A stretch of 64,000 bases of DNA, from positions 62,001-126,000 of the forward strand of contig JAUCBJ010001616.1 of assembly GCA_032718475.1 (NCBI GenBank), read 5' to 3'. The notes below the pieces were generated by a model, which searched no databases, had not been told where the DNA came from, and saw only the letters and a program-made list of their open reading frames with translations. Within the stretch, counting starts at the first letter, position 1. Each line of letters begins with the position of its first letter. The DNA is from Nemertoderma westbladi. Lineage: Eukaryota > Animalia > Xenacoelomorpha. A program made the translations under genes and the position numbers. This document shows, in pieces, positions 61,305 to 64,000 of this stretch.

Positions 61305-63000
61305 ACTGGCACAAATAAATAAATACGGCGTACCACAGGGAAGTGTGCTCGGTCCCATCTTATTTATTATTTACATAAATGACCTTGTTGATGTATTGTC
61401 GGCAAACTGTTCACTGTTTGCTAACGATACATCTCTTTTATCTAGAATCATTCATCCTGTTGTGCGCGCTCACTTTCTTAACCACGAACTTCATGAACTA
61501 CACACTTGGGCTACTAAATGGCTCGTAACTTTTAACCCAGAGAAAACCATTGTAATGACTATGTGTGGTACCATCCCCTACCAGACAGTGCCATTCCATC
61601 TAAATGGTGATGTCCTTCCGTGTGGTGAGACTCAGAAACACCTGGGACTGGTATTTTCTTCCAATTTCAAGTTCAATGACCATGTCCTAGAACTAATTAA
61701 CTCAGTTTCGAGAAATCTATTGGTTCTGCGGAAAACTAAATACATCCTATCCAAAGATGCAATACTAAAAATATACAAAACATTTATACGTCCTAAACTG
61801 GAATACGGCTGTGCGGTCTGGAACAACATATCTCAAGAAATGTCGGTCTACTTGACAATTTTGAACTTGAAATTCTAAGAATTGCCACTGGTGCTCCATC
61901 TCGCACATCACATAGAAAGTTGCATACCGAATGCAACATACAGAGTCTCTCTTCCAGGCGCTCAGCCATCTGCTTAATAACTTTTTATAAAATTATTAAC
62001 AAGTTAACTCCGGAGTACTTATTTTCCAGAATCCCAATTACAGTAGGGCAAAACCCATCACATAGTTACCCTCTCAGAAATAGTGCCATTTCTCAAACAT
62101 TTCTCAAATATCGTACCGTAAAAACCTTTATGGCAAATCTTTCTTTCCAAACACTATAAAAAATTGGAACGATCTCCCTTTATCAACACGTTCACTCCCT
62201 CTCCCAACGTTTAAATCCCGACTTATTTCAAATAATGTTATCAAACCATTTTACTGTGTTGGAACCCGCAAATTTCAAATCATTGTCTGCCAGTCGCGAT
62301 TGCGGTCTAGTGAACTATCTGCAGACATGGTATCCAGGCACCTTCAGGACTCACTTGAGTGCACCTCATGCGGTGCTGCCACAGAAACCGACTTTCACTT
62401 TTTTATAACTTGTCCGAGTTCCTCTGGTGCCCGCCGTACACTGAAGGTTGGGTTGTAAGCTCTGGGGGCTTCACTGTTATTAAACTCTGTATTAGAGGAA
62501 CAAGGTATATCTGCGACCGATTACAACAAATTTGTCTCCCTTCTAAACACCTTTATTGTCTCTACTCAGCGTTTTCGGCTACTTTCACAATAAAACAAAA
62601 CCATTAGCCCAAAATATTTACTTACTTGCTTGCATATATACCTTTTCCCTTCAACTGTCATTGTTAGCTAATTAAATAGATTCATTTGGTAATGTAAATT
62701 AAATTTCACTGTATGTTGCTACATTATATTATTATATTATTAATGTTTATTGATGTGCCTTCTATTTTGTGGCTTGGGTTGTGAGTCAGCGCGCCCGTCG
62801 GTCTAGTATATTTTTATTTTATAAAGTTTATTGTTTACCATATTTTTACAACTTTCACTCCTAGCACCTCTAATTTGATCTAATAACTAAGCTGGATATA
62901 GGGCCTCATATGTCCTAATTGTTATTGTTATTGTCAATTGTCAAAATGTGACCCTTAAGCTTAATTTAATATACAGTCCTCCGCTAGAGAAAATAAATAC
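61305..63000 (+). mobile_element. CR1-clade LINE 3' fragment inserted into an RTE remnant
   Basis: GVPQGSVLGPILFIIYINDL..LFANDT..FNPEKT..RPKLEYG motifs. The RTE RT (GDTL..VVDY) at 61178-61300 resumes (LTDLEFADDLG) at ~63020. Confidence 0.9.
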
Positions 63001-63019
63001 CGGTAAATCCATTAATGTA

Positions 63020-63960
63020 CCTTAACTGATCTAGAATTTGCTGATGACTTAGGGGTACCGGAATTACTAGAGGGAGCCAAAAGGCTCCTGTTTTCATTGG
63101 GGCAGCTTTTTCTTAACTCCAAGAAGACCAAAATTATGACAGTGAACATTGACTGCCCTCAAGTAATGTGTAATAAGCTCCATAGGGATGGTTTGCTTGA
63201 GCATGTAATTAAATTCTAGCACTTGGGATCACGGATCTGCAAGTCAGGTCGAGAAGAAAACCTTAGTATATGTAATGCAGGAGAAGAAGATCATTAGAAC
63301 ATGCTGCTTCTAGTGGTGGTCTTTTTATTAACTCCAGAAAGACCAAAATTTTGACAGTTAACTTTGAACGTTCTCAGCAAGTCTCTGATCGGATGAGCAT
63401 AAGCTCAAAGGATGGTATGCTTGAGCCGGTGGACGACTTCTGTTACCTGGGATCATGGATTCGGAAGTCAGGTGAGGACCTTCGAATACGTAAGGGAAAG
63501 GCATGGGCAGCCGTGAATAGGCTTTCCAGGACTTGGAAGTCACCGAGAATTAATCGGAAACTTAAGGTCCGATTATTTAGAGCAGAAGTAGTTCCAGTAC
63601 TCCTCTACGGGAGTCCATGCTGGGCTCTAACTGCTGATGATACCAAATCTCTGGATGGCACATTCACAAGAATGCTACGCCGGGTTCATTGTGTCAAGTA
63701 CAATGCACACATCTCCAACCAGACACTATATAACATTGGAGATGTCATGGGTGATAGGGAGTTGTGGCGGCGCAATTTTGTCGACACGCCGGCACAGCAT
63801 TCTTAAAAATGCAGCTGCAATGCAGCATGCCGATACTAGTAGTAGTATGCTGGGCTCTATCTAACTGCAGAGGATGCCGAATCTCTGGATGGCACTTTCG
63901 CAAGAAGGGTGCGCAATGCGTATTGCGGCGAAATTTTGTTGACAAGCAATCACATCATAC
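63020..63960 (+). mobile_element. Rearranged RTE RT and 3'-end fragments
   Basis: DFCYLGSW..LLYGSPCW..RMLRRV motifs, (TAG)n tail at ~63836, partial duplications. Confidence 0.85.
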
Positions 63961-64000
63961 TTAATATCGACATAAAAAGTTGCGTGCCCAGGTCACCGGC

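Overview
AT-rich animal (invertebrate-type) genomic DNA with spliceosomal introns, heavily colonised by transposable elements. The host content is two tandem, same-strand, three-exon paralogous two-pore-domain (K2P/KCNK) potassium channel genes: 2658-32895, with TE-bloated introns of 12 and 17 kb, and 35913-38625, which is compact. The rest is RTE, RTEX-like, CR1 and CRE-type non-LTR retrotransposons, an intron-containing piggyBac holding nested insertions, a P-element deletion derivative, a Kolobok/Mutator-like transposase, MITEs, a tRNA/Nin-type SINE and several satellites. The most striking object is a ~6.1-kb fold-back element (42319-48435) with AGTAGT termini (Maverick/Polinton-like) and ~2-kb inverted arms containing mirrored hexamer arrays and tRNA-like heads. 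It carries two intronless TATA+Inr cassettes: a C2H2-finger/acidic protein and a compact GTSF1/Asterix-like double-CHHC zinc-finger protein ending in a PIWI-binding-type EEVWD motif. That makes it a candidate mobile-element-borne copy of a piRNA-pathway cofactor. All calls are by eye, with no database searches run. TE boundaries are approximate unless TIR/TSD coordinates are given.
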